From: Candidatus Enterocola sp.
GTDB lineage: Bacteria > Bacteroidota > Bacteroidia > Bacteroidales > Paludibacteraceae
Length of the DNA stretch: 32,000 nt
Assembly: GCA_045617165.1 (NCBI GenBank)
Contig: JAZLIE010000152.1
Span: 1 to 32,000, forward strand
Reading direction: 5' to 3'
This document shows positions 31,451 to 32,000 of this stretch, piece by piece. Every line of letters starts with the position of its first letter. Position 1 is the stretch's first letter. The notes under the pieces are model-generated. The model had not been told where the DNA came from. It saw only the letters and a program-made list of their open reading frames with translations, and ran no database searches. Position numbers and translations under genes: made by a program.

Positions 31451-32000
31451 ATGGATAGGTCATTTTACTATAATTCTATTAAATCTTTTTGCGAAGAAGA
31501 TAAAGACAAATTCATTGGAAAAATGAACAATGCGCAGCAATCACTTTTTAGCAGCGTAGATCATTCTCAAAACAGCACTTGGAACTATGAATTTGATTAT
31601 TTAAAAAAAGAGCTTCAATCCATAGATGGACAAATAATATTTGAATTTTCAATCCCGCGATTAGGCAAACGAATTGATACCGTTTTGCTAATTAAGGGAG
31701 TTATTTTTGTAATAGAATTTAAAGTAGGCGCTGATGCTTTTCTTCGTGGAGACATCGAGCAGGTTTGGGATTACGCACTTGACTTAAAAAACTTTCATGA
31801 AGGCAGTCATAATGCTACAATTATCCCCATATTAATAGCAACAAACGCATCTGAAGCATCTAGTAAAACTACTATTTCTCAATATAATGATTCTGTATTA
31901 GAACCATTGTGTATCAACGGGAATGGATTAAAAAGCATCATTTCTACATGCATAAATCAGTTTCAACAAAACAATATTTCATTATCCAATTGGGCAATCA
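31451..32000 (+). CDS. DUF2075-type protein, N-terminal part (runs off the window)
   Basis: I translated this by hand and it stays open to the window end. It begins MDRSFYYNSIKSF, and FSIPRLGKRIDTVLLIKGVIFVIEFKVG is the nuclease-fold-like N-domain that precedes the DUF2075 (Schlafen-like helicase/ATPase) core. Confidence 0.6.
   Translation, partial: MDRSFYYNSIKSFCEEDKDKFIGKMNNAQQSLFSSVDHSQNSTWNYEFDYLKKELQSIDGQIIFEFSIPRLGKRIDTVLLIKGVIFVIEFKVGADAFLRGDIEQVWDYALDLKNFHEGSHNATIIPILIATNASEASSKTTISQYNDSVLEPLCINGNGLKSIISTCINQFQQNNISLSNWAI

Overview
All family names come from reading the translations and motifs by eye; no database search was run. The window looks like a Bacteroidales (Bacteroidota) chromosome. 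Exact TAnnTTTG -7 promoter boxes, mostly TATCTTTG, sit about 19-29 nt upstream of many gene starts, and several Bacteroidota-typical DUF families are present. About two thirds of the window is ordinary core: an operon of a CDF metal exporter and a hemerythrin-LuxR regulator, divergent from a G-domain-less FeoB-like permease; tRNA-His; prfC; an S1/CvfB-like protein; a TPR protein; lon; pheS; DUF5683-parB-parA; an operon of a NifU-like protein and a GGGtGRT protein; a GH13 amylase. The accessory part is about 18.37-27.49 kb, a roughly 9-kb block of same-strand genes directly after the GGGtGRT gene. A diverged, frameshifted copy of the last ~70 nt of that gene (27421-27492) closes the block, which is an island-like insertion signature, but no integrase is present. 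The block contains three things. First, a translationally coupled DUF3791-DUF3990-DUF3791 triplet. Second, a ~350-nt non-coding, highly structured spacer that ends in a rho-independent terminator. Third, a compact five-gene cluster I cannot assign to any described system: a lipoprotein S1 serine protease fused to TPRs, two exported proteins with a common Gln-rich ...K-x-x-L-T-R C-terminal tail, a 791-aa dynamin-like GTPase with a glycine-zipper membrane hairpin, and a protein with tandem Ig-like domains on a DUF805-like membrane domain. This cluster is my best candidate for a previously undescribed envelope-spanning system. Right of the remnant lie an orphan pair of a GHKL-ATPase and a STAS-like DUF4325 protein and, at the window edge, the N-terminus of a DUF2075-type protein. 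No CRISPR array, rRNA, transposase or integrase was seen.
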